Shown here piece by piece: positions 24,931 to 39,900 of a stretch of DNA of 64,000 nucleotides (the stretch's first letter is position 1; the number at the start of each line of letters is the position of its first letter). The stretch lies in assembly GCA_964106915.2 (NCBI GenBank), contig OZ066919.1; one strand, given 5' to 3'. Source of the DNA: Podarcis gaigeae. Taxonomy: Eukaryota. A program made the position numbers and the translations under genes. The notes beneath the pieces were generated by a model that worked only from the letters and a program-made list of their open reading frames with translations, was not told the origin of the DNA and did no database searches.

Positions 24931-27900
24931 ATTTTCTTTCTCCCAGTAACATTCACAAGCATGTGAAATTGAGGGGGGGGGGAGAGGAGGGAGAACAGTA
25001 AGTGAAGATGAAACCAAAAGCCTGGGGTAGCCAGTGTAGTGCCCACCCAGATGAGCCTCAATCAGCCCAAACCAGCATAGACAGTGGGTCAAAGATGATG
25101 GGAGCTCCTGGGAGACAGCTCATTAGCTATCCTTGCCAAAAGTTATTTCTAAGCAGTTTCCATTAACACAAGCACCAAGACATATTGTTTTAACTTCCTC
25201 CTACCTTATTGATAGCGAGGCGTTTAAAAGTGCAGTTATTTAAATTCCCTTCATCATTGGAGGGTGTTGGCATGCTTAGAAGCATTTATTATTGCAATCT
25301 GGAAGCATAGGGAACCCCCCCCCCCCGGTTTTCCATGCCCACTTGGGTGCCATTTTCCTTCTTCCCTGGGCATTTGATAAGTTTGAGAAAGTTGCGGGGT
25401 GGGGGGTGGGGACTGGCAAGCAAGATTACTCGCAACGGTGGAGAAATTAGCCCAGGCTGGATCTATATGAGCTTTGGAAAATTACTGGGGAAATCTTGAG
25501 CTTTTTCAGAGAATTCTCCAAACGAAAGTTTGGAAAGATCTAGCCCATTAAATGTAGGCACATTTTTATCCTCTCCAAGGAAAGTAGGTCTAAGTCTCAA
25601 GCAGATTTTTGATCCGTAGTTCTGTGTTTTTGGAGGAATTTTACACAACTGGATTTGGGGCATCGTTCTCATGTATTGCTCTCTGCATAATGAGAGGTAT
25701 GTTTTGTTAGGGCCTTCATGCTTTCAGCATAATTTGCTCAGTTCTATGGAACTCTGCTTTGCAGAAAGACTTGGAAAGTTACTTTCAAATTACAGGCTCA
25801 TAGCAGTTTCATTCCTCTTTGTGGTTGCTTAGAATCACAGAATTGTAGAGTTTGAAGGGACCACAAGGGTCATTTAGTCCAACTCCCTGCAATCCAGCAA
25901 TCTTTTGCCCAGCATGGGGCTTGAACCCATGACTCTTGAGATTAAGAGTCTCATGTTCTACCAACTTAGCTATCTCAGGCTTGCATCATATCTGGCGAGT
26001 GCAGTATCAGTGTTGTCTGTTCCCCTATAAGAAGTGGCAGCAGTTGTCACATCAGACTGGTTGCTGTCGTGCAGGAAGACTTTGACTTGATCAGCTTCAA
26101 AACCTTATGCTTGAAGCATTTTACCAGGCTGCTGGAAACTATAGGGGGAAACAATGGACCTTGGGTTTCCCCTTTCCTCCATGGGGAAGAGAGTATTCAA
26201 CTCAATGACAAAATGCTCCATCTTCAGGGCAAAATCCCTGCAATTTTCTCATCAATTGCTGCCACTTTTTCTTACCCTAAAAAGGCTGGGAACTGCCTGC
26301 TCCTTTAACATAATACAAAAACGTGTTCTTTGTTCCCACCAGATTCAATTGTCTTAAGCAAATACGAGGCAAATGACTTCTAACAATTTCTAGGAGAACA
26401 AATGTTGGAACTGAAGCCTGAAACGACCTGTACATCTGCAAACATGCACAGACTGCCCTTCTCATTGCTCCGGTTAAATACACTGAATAGATTTATGGTA
26501 GCCGTGATTAGTACCTGCTACACAGAGATAAAATATGGGCATGTGCGTGAGATGGGCATGGCACCTTTCTGAAGTTCCTGCTGAGTTGTTGCTAGATTGA
26601 TTCTTTCATGCTCACGTGGTTTTAACCATTGTTTCCTCTTTTCAATAAAGAACCAGGTTCAGCATCATGCAAGCCACGCCCAGCTTGCACAGATAAGGAT
26701 TATTTTTATACTCATACAGCCTGTGATACCAATGGAGAGGTAATTCACCTTCTGGATTTCCTTGTTTGTGACGGTGGCGTTTAAGTAGTGAAAATTTCTT
26801 GTTTAGCTTTTTGATGTACACGGCTATAGAGCTTACCTTTAACGGAAAAGACCGTACTGCAAAGCATTGCAGGAATATAAAGGAGTCAGGCCCTGAAGAT
26901 GGCATGGCCGGCTAAGCCTACCTACCTCTTTTAATAAGCAGAACCCACTGCTGCTGGTTTCTCCTTATTAGAAGAGGTGTGTGGCCTTGGAAAGGCCTCA
27001 CCTCCTTGTCTACCTCAGGAAGAGGGAAGTGGCTACAGCGGGATGTGGCATGAACCTGCAGGCTTTCTTCTCTTGGTGGTGGTGTGTAGGGACGAAGGAG
27101 AGAAACTTGGTCTTCCCATCATCATGCCGCCACCACCAAGAGAAGGAAGCCTAAATGGGGCACAAATGGGGCACTTTCTCCCCTTGTGTCCTGTCTCAGA
27201 GAAGGAAGCCTGTGCAGGATTCCTTGCAGTGACAGACTTTGGGGTCTCCTGCCCTCTGAGGCAAAATGTATCATGCCGGCACTGGCACCTGGTCACCGTG
27301 AAAGCAGAATGTTGGGGTAGTTGGGTCAATTCAAGCAAGGCTCTTCTTATCACTGCTGTGTGCAAAGAGCACCCCCATGTGGACCATTTCATACTGACAG
27401 TATATTACTAAACTTGGGGAGGGAACTCAGAACACCTGGGAGTAAGAGGAGGAGGAGCTAATATGTCGGGGCTTCTTTCCTGGAATATCCTCATAATGCT
27501 TTTTGCAGATGGGCAGAGAGCCTGTGTAACTGTTGTTCATGTAAAGAGATATCTAGGCATTGCACAGCTTTTTGCGGATTAAAGTGTAGAAATGTTTGCT
27601 CCTATCTCTTTCTTATATCAACAGACTCAGTTAATGTATAAGTGGGCTGAACCAAAGATCTGCAGTGAGGAGCTCCCCGGTTCTGTAGAATTGCCTGCTT
27701 CTGGCATAAAAACTACATGCCCACCTTGCAATCCTGGTTTTTTCAAGACAAACACCAGTTCCTGCGAGCCCTGCCCATACGGATCATATTCAAATGGGTC
27801 TGGTAATGCTGTTCTGTTCTTTCCTTCTTGGCTGGCCAAATTGTCACATGAATTACTTTCTTTAAAATGTTTCAATGAATAGGGACCTGTGCAGTGTCAG

Positions 27901-30900
27901 TGGCGATGCATACAGGGAACCTGAAGTTATCGATTTGGCGCTGATGTTATTTATGCTTACTGCGTTCAGAGGTGGCATAAAAAGGAGCCCAGTCTTTGTG
28001 TGAGCTCTTCATTTTCCTATTCTTTGTTGTTGCTGCTAATTCCACATTCTTGCCAATGGCAACAGAGTTGTGAGGTGGGATACAGCTCATGGAACTGGCT
28101 GCTTTGTCCTTACACAGATAGATCCTCTTTGTCACTTACTTGATTAAAAACAGCAACAACAAAAATGCATGATATGGCACTCCCCTTCTATCAGGAAATT
28201 CATTGGTAATTTGCAGAGGCGGCTACCAGCCTATTCTTAGGGTTTGCTTACCCAACCACTTTTGCAAATGGAAGAATCAATATGCAATGACTCTCCTGGT
28301 AAAGGCCTGCAAGGTAATATTATCCTGTGGTAGCAGTATAAGTCCTGGAAAACACTTTTTTTCTAGCATATTTCAAGATACCGCAAAATAGTGGCTAGAC
28401 CACACCGGGCCATTTTGCCACTTTAGTATCAAGTGGGAAAGCTCTGCCCAAGGGGATTTTTCCACCTGAAAAAGGTGTGCAGTATAAGTTCAGTAGGCAT
28501 GTACATGTGCACACCTCTGAAGCATGTTGCTGCCAAGCCTGCCTCTATATAGGCTATTCTCATTCTTTGTTTCAGAAAGGGCTGCTAGCGCCCACCAGCC
28601 ACCTAGTGACGGCCTTCCACATGGGAGTTCATTCCTCCTCCTGAGTTCCAGCATTGTAATGTTGCTTCCTTCTGTTCTCAGGTTGCATCAACTGCACCGT
28701 TGGGACTGAACCAGCTCTAGGCTTTGAATACAAATGGTGGAACACGCTGCCAGCAAACATGGAGACGACGGTCCTCAGTGGAACCAGTTTTGAATATAAG
28801 GGAATGGCAGGTATCTTCATGGGCACATATTAACCTGAGGTGTTGGGGCAGTTCTTGCATGGGTGGGCACTGTCATATTGTGAGGTCTCTTGCCCCTGCA
28901 AGCAGTGGGGAAGTTCACAGCACAGTGACTCTCACTCCACTCGTACTGTCAGATGTTGCCAGATCAAAGAGAGGGGAGACACGGGGCTGCCTGCTTTCAG
29001 CGGCCGTCATGCTAAATTGTCTAGTTCTGGCCTCAGGCAACTGGACTTCCCGTGTCTCTAAGAAGTATGTAAGCGTTTATAGAGCTGTGTATTTAATGAT
29101 ATCCAACTGAAGTAATGCCCTTTCAGTGAACGGAGATGGTGTTCTGTTTGCTGTTTCAGGGTGGGAAGTAGCTGGTGACTACATCTACACAGCAGCAGGA
29201 GCCTCTGACAATGATTTCATGATACTGACACTGGTGATTCCTGGGTTCAGGTGAGTGTGTAGCTGAGCTGGCAATGGCAAGCCTATGCATCCAAAATGCA
29301 GTAGGAGCACTGAGTCCAAGCAGTGGGACCTTCTCCCCTTTAAGAGTGTGCTGCTTGCATTAGTTCTTCCACAATCCTTAACTCACCATTGGTGAACAAT
29401 AACAGAAAGAATAAATGAGGGATTGAGTTGGCTTTTCAGTTTAACAAATCCTTGAAACATATATGAGCTCTCAGCAGCTGCCTGCTTTTTGCCATGTCCT
29501 GGAAACAGCCATGCTTTCAATGTATGCCTGTGACTAGAGTGCTGGTTTTATTGGACTGGCCATCCTCAGATTCTTCAAATGTGTTCCAAACAAGAGCATA
29601 AGCTGAGGGAAACATTCAGATTCATGGCTTGCTGAAGTAAGCCTTGCTAATTGAGGTGGACTGTTTCCAGACATTCCTACTCCCATCTCCCATCCTTGCT
29701 GTGTTTTCACCAAGACCTTGAGCAAATAGATACCCCCTGAGTTTTGCTTGCTCTCTTGCAGTTCCCCACAATCGGTGATGGAGGACTCTGAAAGTAAAGA
29801 GATTGCAAGAATCACATTCGTCTTTGAAACGATCTGCAGTATGAGTTGTGAGCTTTATTTCATGGTGGTAAGTTGATCCAGCTTCTTCTCTCTCCAAAGC
29901 AGATAAGCTTTCTCTTGCTTGGTTTGCCTTGGGGTTTTGTGCTCCCAAGGCACAACAGGCTGTAGAAGGCACATGCCCCTTCTTCCTCTGTAGTTGATGC
30001 CTTTAGAAAAAGAGGCAAATCTCTTGGCTGTTTCCCAATTCTGGAAACTTTCACTGAAATCTATATGTTCCTATGGGGATATTTTCAAAGGTACAATAGC
30101 CCACCTGCATCCTGTAGTTACAGCTCTGTGAGGACTCTGTGTCAAAATGCCACCATGGCAGTGAGAAAAATAAATATAGGTATACCACCTGTTGGTATGT
30201 TTAAAAAATCAGCATTGTTGATAATGTTAATATTATTAATAAAAACAGTGTAAGAGCTGGAAAACTATTCTAGACATATTTTGTTCAGAGATACACTTTG
30301 GACAGGTAGCACGGTCACTCATCATGCACGGTGCAAAATGAAAAAGACTTGTGAAAATGTTAAAATAAATGAGTATTATTGGGTTTTGCAAATGATGCTC
30401 TGAATTTCCTGTGCTTTATGACCTGCAGCCCACATCAGCTTCTCTTGGGCTACAATGTGCGCGAAGGAAAATCTCTCCTAGTCACTGTAGCCTCTCTCCC
30501 CCAATTTCAGTGTCGTCTTTCCTCTTAACTGCTTCCTTCCCACTAATGCCTCCCCTCTCCTCCTTTTCAGTTGGCTATTCCAAGGCTCTCACAATCTGCC
30601 TGGCATGATTTCCCTGCTTATACTCAAGTTACGGAAATATCTGTATCTGTAATAATAAAGAATTATTTAGGTAGAAAGCGTTGCTTGCTCTTTACTCACT
30701 AGGCCCCTGCTTTATCTCTGGTAGGGTGTCAACTCCAGAACCAACACACCTGTGGAAACCTGGATTGGCTCGAAAGGAAAGCAATCCTACACCTACATCA
30801 TTGAAAAGAACGCCACCATGAGCTTCACGTGGGCCTTCCAAAGAACAGCATATCATGAGCCGGTAGGGACTATCACTTCCTGGGGAACCTTCTGTTCACA

Positions 30901-33900
30901 GCTAGTTCCTCAGTTATCCTTTTGATGTGGAGTTCCTTGCCAGAAATCAGAGATACCCCAGTGTCTTGCTAATCAAAGATGTCCTAGCAAGGAATAGGCA
31001 CACTATCCTCATTTGCAGCATCCCACCTTCCCTTTATCAAACGCTTCTACCTCTCCAAGGCCCTATGGACACTTTCTATGTTTCGTTCTAGGGAAGAAAA
31101 TACACCAACGATGTTGCCAAGCTGTACTCTATCAATGTGACCAACGTCATCGAAGGTGTAGCGTCATACTGCCGGGTGTGCGCTCTGGAATCCTCGGGCT
31201 CGTCCTGTACTTCCTGCCCACACGGCCACTACATCGACAGAAGCTCTGGGGGCTGCTACCCGTGTGCAGCAAACACATATCTGAAAGCTCACCAGCCCTA
31301 TGGCAGCCAGGCCTGCATCCCTTGTGGCCCCGGCACAAAAAACAACCCGGTAATATTGTCCTCCTTTCTGCCTATCATTTATGGCCAATTTGCAATGATC
31401 TACACTGTTAGCTAAATAAAAGTGCCCCATTAACTTTATAAATCATTTAGTTGGCAGAGGGCTTTCCATTAAAAGCAGCAGTAGGGCAGTAACAGTATAT
31501 TAGTATTAGTATACCATCCCTCATCCAAAATTACAGACAGAATCTGTATGCACAAGAAATTGCAGATCTGTTGGCCGGAGAGGGTTCCACTTGAAGTGGC
31601 AGGCAAGATCCCACCCGGTCAGCAAAGCCTGCCTGCTCACATGGTGTGCATGAGGCCAGATCCTTAAAAAAGAAGATATATAACTGAAAACTTTGTCTTA
31701 ACAAACTTTTGCCTTTTTCTTATTGAAAATGTGGAACCTGTAGACTGAAAGGGATTCTTCCCTTACCAAATCATTCCAGAGTTTTGCTTTTAAAAAACCC
31801 CAAGCTTGTCTTTCCTCAGAAATATTAAGTTATTTCCTGCCAAAATGGAAATGGCACTAGAACAGCTAAGCGGTTCATCTCCACATACTCTGTTTTGTGT
31901 AATTATCCACATGGTTCCCTGGAGGAAATTGGCAAGTGAGATTGCTGTGAACAGAAGCTTATGGGATTCTGGAGCACTATAAACCTGGCCAGCTTGAGAA
32001 TAATCAGCCACATTTGGGCTCCTTCCTCTCAGAGTAAACTTGGGTTTTACATACTGCTGGAGACACTGACAATTTCTGAGCTCCCCTATGAGGAAATAAA
32101 TTGACTGTAAAAAAATGTTCTGCTCCCCAGATCCATTCTCTCTGTTACAGTGACTGTCACCTCTCAGTCATCGCAGACGGCAGGACTCTGGAGTACGACT
32201 TCTCAGCACTGTCTAATAGCACATCCTTTTTGGTGGGGCCCAGTTTTACCACCAAAGGGCTAAAGTATTTTCACCACTTCAACATCAGCCTCTGTGGGAA
32301 TCATGTAAGTACGTGGCGAGGCTTCTGAGAAGCCCATCCTCTATGCAGGTCCCCAACATGTGAGAGTGGCTTATCTGGTACAAATCACCCTTATGGTGTA
32401 GAGAGTTTCTAGGCACCCATGCTCACCCCGAAGCCGCAGAACGTTTCCTTAGCAGAATCCCATCCTCCTGGCTACTCTAGCTGAACCACTGCAACAAAAC
32501 AGCTCAAATTCTTGAAGGTCTCTTATCTGTAACTTAAGGGAAACGTTTTACTATCGTGATGCAACTGCCCTTCTCTCCTGTGAAAGGATGGGTGTTAATA
32601 GATCCCTGTGCACTGAAAGTGTATGTGTCACAGTATCATTGATTTATCCCCACCACCAATGACAGCTGGTGACCACACACCCTACCCATGCATACAGAAC
32701 TCTTCGGAATAGGCTCTTTGTGTGTACATAGAGCTTCTCCATGCAAAGCAGGGTCCGTTTATCCCAGACTCCTCACCCCTGTTATATGTGGGAGCTCTAC
32801 GCACATACATTGATACACAAATAGACGCCCTTCCAACATGAATGGGTAATGGAAAATGCGGTGATCAGAGCACTGGTGCTAGGCTTTGAAACCCTCCTCG
32901 TTGCTTTCAGTGCAATAGGGTGGGTTCATCTGAGTCCTCTTACTATAGTTCCTTTAAAAAGAACTTCAGGTTTTATAAAGACAAGGGTCCAGCCAACTCT
33001 CTCTCTCTCTCTCTCCCCCCCCCCCGCCCCCCTTGCAAATCTCTGAAGGGAAGGAAGATGGCAACCTGCACAGATAACGTCACAGACATGCACATCCTGG
33101 GCAAAGAGACAGAGTTCTCCAAATCAACTTCCTCCTATGTATGCCAGTCCATCATTGTCCCCTCTGATGTGATGGCTTACAAATCAGTGGTGTCTTCACA
33201 ACCCGTGAGCCTGGCAGACCGCTTTGTAGGTGAGAATTGCAGGGAGCATAAGTCTGTGCTTTGAACAGAGGACTCTGGTTGCTGTTTGATAGGGGCTTTT
33301 GGGGGAGTTGCATGTGCTGATTCAGGTGACAGGAACATCCCTGATTATGCCTTCTAGATAAATCATAGAATCATAGAGTTGGAAGGTACCCAAAGGGTTG
33401 TCTAGTTCAACTGCCTGCAAAGCAGGAATTATAGCTAAGGAATCCCTGACAGATGGCCATTCAACATCTGTTTAAAAACCTCCAATGAAGGAGAGTCCAT
33501 CATGTTCCAACGGAGTCCATTCCACTGTCAAACAACTGAATGGAAAAGTAGTGAGTTCAGTGAGGCTTCTTCAGCTAAAACAAAGTCAACTTTGATGAAA
33601 ATCCTACACTACTCAGTACCACTAAATTTTAGTTCCCCACTCCTCAGCTGTGTTTTTTGCTTTCTGTCCAGGTCCCAGGAAAGCAAAGGAGGGAAAGTCA
33701 TAGCAATTTCCCTATTTTTGCTGCTTCTTTTTTTAAAAAAGTGTATAGCTAGCGAGAGAAATACATCTTTTTTTTTTGCACTGGGTTCTGTTCTACCTCA
33801 AATCACTGGCACCACCTCCAGGCCCATAAAATAAAGTATATTTTATTTTCAGGAATTGGCAATCTAGTTTTATTTTATATATTGTCATTTATTTATTTTT

Positions 33901-36900
33901 CAAGACCTGGCAATCCAGTAACTAAACTTGGGTCACTCACACACACTAACAGAGCCTAACCAAAGGTACCACAGACCTCACTTGTTTCTCTGACCCTGAT
34001 GAGCATTTGTGAGGAATGCAATGAACAAGACAAGCCTATTTTCTGGAAGCAGTGAAGAGATAATTGAAATGGGATTCTCCTCTGTGAAGCTCTTTAGCAC
34101 AGTCAGTCTTGGGAGAGGGGTGGTCCTGGGAGCGGCCACTGTCTTCTCAGTGCACTGTCCTTCTCACTGGTTTGCTTCTAACTTGTAGGAGTAACACGGG
34201 AGACCACTCTGGACAACATCACTTCTTTTCCTGACTATTTCCCTGCAGAGAATGTGGGCTTACCGGATGTGATATTTTTTTACAGGTAAGCTACAAGACT
34301 GCCAAACATAGGTGAAGGCAGTTTTAGCAGTCTTCTTCTGTGGAAAACTCTGGGTTATTCATGTGCCTTGGAACATTTTTTAGTATTTGGGGGCTTTGGC
34401 ATTCTGGAACCTTCCAAAGAGGATTGAACAAATTCATGAAGGGATAAAGTTATCAATGGCTACTAGTTGTGATGGCTGTGCTCTGCCTCCACAATCAGAG
34501 ATAGTAGTGCTTCTGAATACCAGTTTCCAGAAACCACAGGAGGAGAAAGGGCTCTTGTGTCAAATCATTCTCTGGAAGGTCTTGGGTTCCGCTGCTTCTT
34601 GCTTGCTCATGAGGTACACAGTTCATGAGGTACACAGTGATGATTTGCATGTGAACCAGCCACAGGATTACTGCTGTTACCAGCAGGAGTGGCTTTGATT
34701 CCGCAGAACCAGTTTGGCATCCTTTCTCCCCGCCTTCTCAGCTCATCTCTAGCCTCTGGCAGGTGGGACTTGAATGTGTGAGAAGGAAGTTGGATCATTT
34801 TTTGGATGCTACTTTTCAGTACATTCCTATGCTTAATTTGAAGGAACTTTTAAAAAAATCTTTAGTATTCGCACATCCTGGGAAAACCTATCCTTGTGTT
34901 TTGTCCTCCCTTTTCCTTTGGCCAGATTTCCTTTTTTAGTGCCATTTGTACTGCTGTGCAGCAGTCCTTTGTATGAAAAAGAAAAATGATACAGTACATG
35001 TGTCTTAAGCGTTTCCCACTTTTTAAAAGTACAAAAACATGCTAGAAACAAGGGAGATACAGCACTGTGTTGCCCCCGAGTGACAACTGTATTAGTGAGA
35101 AATGCTAGTACTGTGAAGCCTTGTAAATGACAGGGCCTTCAGCTTTAGCAGGGATTTCATAACATGCATATATGTTGCAGATCCAGTGATGTGACTCAGA
35201 CTTGTAGTGCTGGGAGAGCTACTGCCATTAGAGTGAGATGTGATCCTCTAAAACCCCACTCTGGAGTGCTCTCTGTGCCGAGGTAAGTTCAAAGGTTAGT
35301 CAGTCTCAATAGCAGGTGCAGCCTGTTAAAACTACATTCTACTCCAAACTCTACAGTGGGGCAAAAACTGGAAATTGGTGGAGAAAAAAAATATAAATAA
35401 ATGCTCTCGATGCTGTAAAAATAGTCACACTGAGAACAGCACTTACTTTCGTATTGGGTGTACTTGCTTCCAATTCCAGTTGTAATTTATATTTCAGTTT
35501 TGTCCACTCCTATGTTTCAAGCTTGTTTATGCATTTTAATAGTTGCTTTTTAAAATGAGAACTAAGGAATAATGATTTAGCAAAGACTGTAGCTCAGTGG
35601 TAGAGCATCTGCTTTGCATGCCAAAGGTCTCTAGTTCAGTCCCTGGCATCTCCTGATAGGGCTGAGAATGTCCCGTCTGAAATCCTGGAGAGCCTCTTCC
35701 AGACAACATAAACAATACTGAGTAGCTGGAGGTCAGACATGGCATAGGGTAGCTTCCTGTGTTCACAACCCTTCTAAAGGCAAAACTAAAAGATGCATAA
35801 AAGCATATCCACTGCTTAAAGCTTTCTCCCCCCCCCCCCCCAGTAGTAGCTATAACAGCTCCAGTCTGGGTCAGGCCTATAGCACAAGATGAAGTTGTGT
35901 TAACATTGACCCTTTCCACTCTGCACCCCCCCCCCAATAAAAGGCTGCTGTTGCTGATGCAGGGGAAATGATAGAAATGTGCATATGATTTTCCTGCTGT
36001 GGAGTTATTTTCATTGGGAAAATGATACGGGGAGGAATACTAAAACTATTTTATTGTGCTGCACTATAGTCCCAGTCTGGTTTGGGAGGTGTAGCTATTT
36101 TTTTGGCAAAAAGTGTAAAGAGACCAAGTTGCATTCATATGCCACCAACTTTATATGACGTTTATCACTGTGACACGCTTCTGGAACCCAGTTCAGTCTC
36201 ATTTACATTTACAGACCTAACCTATCGGCATAAGCTTTGCCATATCCGTTCCTTCACATACCAACTCAACTTCTTTATCTCTTTAAAAGGCAGAGGTCTA
36301 TTGGGTATAGTCAAAGTAGAATGGTGGTGAAGTGGTCTAACAATGGAGCCTATCTTAACCTTGCAGGGTTTAAATTCTTTCATGAATGTCACAGGTCTCC
36401 AAGGGGTCTGTGTAACTCAGATACAGGAAATGCCTAAGACCTATTGACATCTATGAAAGAAATACCATTTACAACAAGAACAAGTGTTCCATGCAGCAGA
36501 GTTCACACGCTATGTACATGAGGCATGGCTTTGGAGTCACTGGTGACAGACTCTTTCATGGCAGGTCTGGGACAAGGTCATGTCTTGACACCCACAACAG
36601 CTAGGTCATGAGGTGAGCCACTGAATAGACTCCATTTCAGATGGCACTTTATAATTTTTCAAACAGCAAGTGCCCTGAAGGAACCTGTGACGGATGCACT
36701 TTCCATTTCCTGTGGGAGACCGTTGAAGCCTGCCCCCTCTGTTCTGCAGATGACTACCATGCTATCATCAGTGCCTGTGTTGGAGGGATTCAGGTAGGGA
36801 CACAGAATGGCTTCTTTTGAGTTCTTATCTTCAGAGCCTGAGAGCTGCCCATTTTTGTGACTATTATATGAACATTAAAACAAGTCATCGACAGCTACGG

Positions 36901-39900
36901 CAGCCCAATGATCATTTAGTGAACATGCCTGTTAGGACAGGCAGAGACACCAAATTGAAATACACTATTCCCCCCCCCCGGAGTTGTCACAAAACCATAC
37001 TTGTCTGACCTTAAACATGCTTACCTGAAGTCAGTTCCACTGATTTCACAACAATAAACCGCTTCAGCAGCAGGTTAAGCAATGATGTACCGATTTATTT
37101 TTGTTAAGAGGATTATGTCCCTTCAAGATCCCTCTAGAGTGGTGGTGATACAGCTATTATTGTTGCTTCGAATCTGTAAGGTGGCATCAACGTTACATTT
37201 CTATATTGTTTTCAGTTTATTTCCTTGAAAACCATTTCTAAATAGCTTAGTGTAAAATATCTCCTAAGTGCTACAGGGTAAAACAGAAATGTACAATAAG
37301 ACCATCAGCATCAAAAAGAGTACAAAAATGCAACATGAACTGTGACTGCATGTGATTAAAAGAAGGCCATGCCTGCTTTTCCTTCCACAGAGAACCACGT
37401 ATGTATGGAGGGAGCCCAAGCTGTGTTCGGGAGGCATTTCGCTCCCAGATCAAAAAGTCAGCATTTGTAAAGCCATGGACTTCTGGCTCAAAGTGGGCAT
37501 CTCGGCGGGGACATGTGCTGCTATCCTGCTGACTGCACTGACTTGCTACTTCTGGAAGAAAAACCAGAAGTGAGTAGCTGCTTCTGTTGATGCTCATTAT
37601 GCATGCATGCATGCTTGCTTGCTTGCTTCATAGCTGCCCAAGACCTTTTTCAAGGTTACCCTTTAAATCAGATGGCAACCTTGAACAGCACAGCAGAAGC
37701 AAATAGGTGTGAGTCTGTGTTCAAAGATAGCAAGCTCTTCAATAATATGTCTAACTTTTATACATTGTTACATGTCAGTGATGGCATTCTCGCCTTCCCC
37801 AGTTTGCCTTCTTATCATCCCATTCTCAACCCTGCCTATTCTTCCATGCCTAAAAAGCAAGAAAGACCCACCAAAAACAAACCAGTTTTTTATTTTCCAG
37901 AAGCATTAAGTGCATGCAACTTTAACACACAAACAGTGCATCCATAGCCCTGTTCAGTAGCACCTTGTGAAAGGGGTGCAGCTTGTGAAATGAGACATCT
38001 TCATAAGGCAGTGATATATAGGGGAAGAACCCCCTCCCCAAAAAAACCTCTTTACTGGTGGGCAATATGAGACATAGGGCATCAGGTTAGCACTGTGTAG
38101 TTACAGGGCTGCTGACTGGCTAGGAGTGCCTATGACTTTTCACAAGCCACAGTCCTTTATGAGTCACCCCTTGACCATATTGCTACAAAACTTTCTGATG
38201 GATCCTGTGAATTAGTTTCCCAGCATATGCACTAGAAAAAGCTGGTGGCATTACCAGCAAATATTGAGTGGAGTTTGCTGAGCAGTGATCCAATTCCAGC
38301 TGTAGTTGTGATGAAACCTCTTCAATGAAGAGTGTTTCTTACCCATCAGTTTCTCAACAACTATAGGGGATCAGGTCTACTGTTGCTTGAATGCACCTGC
38401 TGCCAGTGGATTTATGCTATGATAAGTGTCCCCTTTGGATGCTTACATATGAAAGTATCTGCTGGCAGAGAGGATACCAGTCCCACCACCACTTGAAATG
38501 GAAACCTTCGCTGCTTGCTTATCTGCACCCAGGAAAGAGGTCTCCACTTCCAAGCAGCAGATGGGGCTCTGAAATGCTCGCTGGCAAAGATCAGCAGCTG
38601 AATATTCTGAGAAGAAGGGAAACAGAATTGTTTCCTCTTTGGAGAAACTGAAATTCAAGCTCCTTTTGAATTTTCTCCAGGAGGGAAAATATCCCACCTT
38701 TGCAGTGCATGCATAGGATTAAGCTAATAAATCCTTTGGATTGTGAATGTATATGACTGCGCATGCTTGTTGGGGTGTACAAAACATTTCTTTTTCTACC
38801 TGTAACAGTCAGCTTTCACGTGGCTTGAAGCAGGGCTTAGCATCTCCAGATTTTAAAGTGACCCCCCACCCCGTAAGTGTCCCATTTTTGGGACTCAAAC
38901 TCTATTCATCCATCATCCATCTGGCTTTCTCTATGTCTGTCTTATATCTTTGAAGGTTGGAGTATAAATATTCCAAGCTGGTGATGAATTCCAGTGCCAA
39001 GGACAGTGAGCTGCCAGCTGCTGACAGTTGTGCCATTATGGAGGGGGAAGATGCAGAGGATGACCTGATATTCACAAGCAAGAATTCTCTCTTTGGCAAA
39101 ATAAGGGCTTTCACCACAAAGGTAAGGTGCTTTGTGAGGCCCAGCCTGCACATGTAATGCGCCAGCATGAAGCAACAGAGGCCTTGGGCTTGGCTCCAGT
39201 GTTTATCTAACCTGACAGATGTCTAATATGTCATGTTGAACTTGTGGGGCCACATCTGAATAGACAGCTTCCCAATTCACTTAATATGCACAGTATCCCT
39301 GAGGTGTGTGTGTGCCTTTCTATAGTAGTCGCTATCCTCTTATTTTTGAAGTAATGATTTCTAGCATGGGCTGCTGACTGTGCAAGACCCAGGCTGTAGT
39401 AGGGATTTGGGGGGAGGGGAGGGAGAAGAGTGATTAAAGCTTCATTCTCCTCCTCTATCCTGTTAAAAATCTTGACAGAGTAGCAAAAGGAAAAGGACAT
39501 TTTCTCTCCAAACAAATACATCAAACACAGCTAACCTTCCAGGATGCTACAGGCTAGGGACCAATCAAAAGTCATGATTACAGTAACGTCCTCATCCTAG
39601 ATCTGTGAGCTTTCTCCAGCCTCAGAGTCTATATTCATGTGCTGCTGTGTTTCTTATTCTACTGACTGATGTTCTGGTTAATGGTGCGCTGCTTTTATTT
39701 TTCATTTTATCCCTCCCCCCCTAATGTGGCTATTTGTTTTCCTGTAGGCTTCTCTTAGGTACAGTCAGGCATGGCAGGAGTCTGTGTGTAGGGCTGTTCT
39801 CAATAAGCTAAGAGGAGGAGTCTTCCAGGTAGATAGAGACCAAATGTAGATGGTATTGTCTTGTGTCCCCTATGTCTAAAAACAAGCCAGCTGACTGAGG

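Noticed and set aside
25906-25978. tRNA-Lys(CTT)-like sequence as a real tRNA gene (also 11980-12045)
   Set aside because: There are multiple stem mismatches and it is fused directly to a CR1-type tail, so it is a SINE head.
34607-34638. Perfect 16-bp tandem duplication TCATGAGGTACACAGT x2
   Set aside because: This is an ordinary local slippage event next to a CR1 fragment; it is not an array.
35584-35653. tRNA-Ala(TGC)-like sequence as a real tRNA gene
   Set aside because: The acceptor and anticodon stems are broken, there is no T-run terminator, and it runs into a SINE body repeated elsewhere in the window.
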